Made by a program: the position numbers and the translations under genes
Part shown: positions 63,495-64,000 of the stretch, piece by piece
Layout of the letters: each line of letters opens with the position of its first letter
Numbering within the stretch: the stretch's first letter is position 1
Origin: an uncultured Chloroflexia bacterium
GTDB taxonomy: Bacteria > Chloroflexota > Limnocylindria > Limnocylindrales > CSP1-4
Length of the DNA stretch: 64,000 nt
NCBI GenBank assembly: GCA_963710105.1
Contig: CAVPYV010000002.1
Span: 22,084-86,083, forward strand
Direction: 5' to 3'
Notes under the pieces: generated by a model
What the model saw: only the letters and a program-made list of their open reading frames with translations
Database searches by the model: none
Told to the model about the DNA's origin: nothing

Positions 63495-64000
63495 GTGCGA
63501 GCCCTGCTGTCGGTCGCCAACCGCGACGGGATCGCGTCCCTGGCGCGGGAGCTCCTGGCACTCGACGTCGAGGTCTTCGCGACCGACGGGACCCGCGACC
63601 ATCTGGCGGCCGACGGCGTCGAGGTCCGCCCGGTCTCCGAGCTGACGGGCCTGCCGACCCTGATCGGCGGCCAGGTCAAGACGTTCCACCCGGCGATCTA
63701 CGGCGGCATCCTGGCCCGCCGCGACGTTCCCGCCCAGATGGAGGAGCTCGTCGAGCAGGGGATCGGCGCGATCGACATCGTCGTGGTCAACGTCAGCCCG
63801 TTCGCGCCCGCCGTCGGGGCCCAGCTCGTGCCGATCGACGAGGCGATCGAGATGATCGACGTCGGCGGCGCGGCCCTCCTGGGCGCCGCGGCCCGCAACG
63901 GCGCCGGCGTCGCGGCCGTCGGCAGCCCCGAGCACTACGGCAAGCTCGTCACCGAGCTGAAGCGCCATCACGCGATCAGCGCCGAGCTCCGCGCCCAGCT
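63495..64000 (+). CDS. purH: Bifunctional AICAR transformylase / IMP cyclohydrolase PurH, N-terminal part (3-prime end outside the window)
   Basis: My own translation from GTG 63495 after GGAGGAGGAG: VRALLSVANRDGIASLARELL...GGQVKTFHPAIYGGILARRD...VVVNVSPF...IEMIDVGGAALLGAAARN. The frame is open to the window end, so it is absent from the ORF track. Confidence 0.9.
   Translation, partial: MRALLSVANRDGIASLARELLALDVEVFATDGTRDHLAADGVEVRPVSELTGLPTLIGGQVKTFHPAIYGGILARRDVPAQMEELVEQGIGAIDIVVVNVSPFAPAVGAQLVPIDEAIEMIDVGGAALLGAAARNGAGVAAVGSPEHYGKLVTELKRHHAISAELRAQ

Overview
This is a very GC-rich (judged by eye, not computed), gene-dense chromosomal segment of actinobacterial or other high-GC Gram-positive type. 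I support about 70 protein-coding genes, many joined by 4-nt ATGA/GTGA start-stop overlaps. I found no rRNA, tRNA, CRISPR array, transposase, integrase or prophage signature, so it reads as core or accessory chromosome rather than a mobile island.

Main blocks:
- 1-22.8 kb: small redox and detox genes, each paired with a one-component regulator (TetR, HxlR, ArsR x2, MocR, an alpha/beta-hydrolase-LuxR fusion). Several have clear palindromic operators. The block also holds a GH32 fructosidase, an ABC/ABC-2 exporter and an NCS2 nucleobase permease.
- 22.8-31.3 kb, minus strand: amidohydrolase, acyl-ACP thioesterase, a Mrr-like nuclease-fold protein and small unknowns, then acylphosphatase, a frameshifted holB, a NYN-domain protein with a roughly 500-aa RG/KRR-rich tail, and a GNAT.
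- 31.7-36.9 kb: livKHMGF-type branched-chain amino-acid ABC operon.
- 39.1-40.7 kb: hpt operon with two unknown upstream genes.
- 40.8-42.9 kb: csoR with a perfect operator, followed by an orphan histidine kinase.
- 42.9-43.3 kb: a 420-nt non-coding region with DnaA-box-like sites, a promoter and a structured leader in front of rsmG.
- 44.4-52.4 kb: K+ homeostasis cluster (metallophosphoesterase, two tandem KimA-like APC permeases, USP, two TrkA/RCK proteins, CPA2 antiporter).
- 52.6-60.2 kb: contiguous heat-shock island (hsp20-hspR-lon, cbpA-clpB) headed by a HAIR-like operator.
- 60.3-64.0 kb: Nudix hydrolase, MFS transporter, cupin, a membrane protein and the start of purH.

The most unusual observations:
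- The NYN-RGG/KRR protein.
- The single-base frameshift in the essential holB gene.
- A recurring pattern of short tandem duplications that each include a gene's TGA stop codon, at five independent loci.
- A hydrophobic hairpin insertion inside the LivG ATPase.
- The overlapping four-gene operon containing the Mrr-like protein.
- The DnaA-box, promoter and leader region upstream of rsmG.

All functional calls come from reading motifs in the supplied translations. No database search was run.
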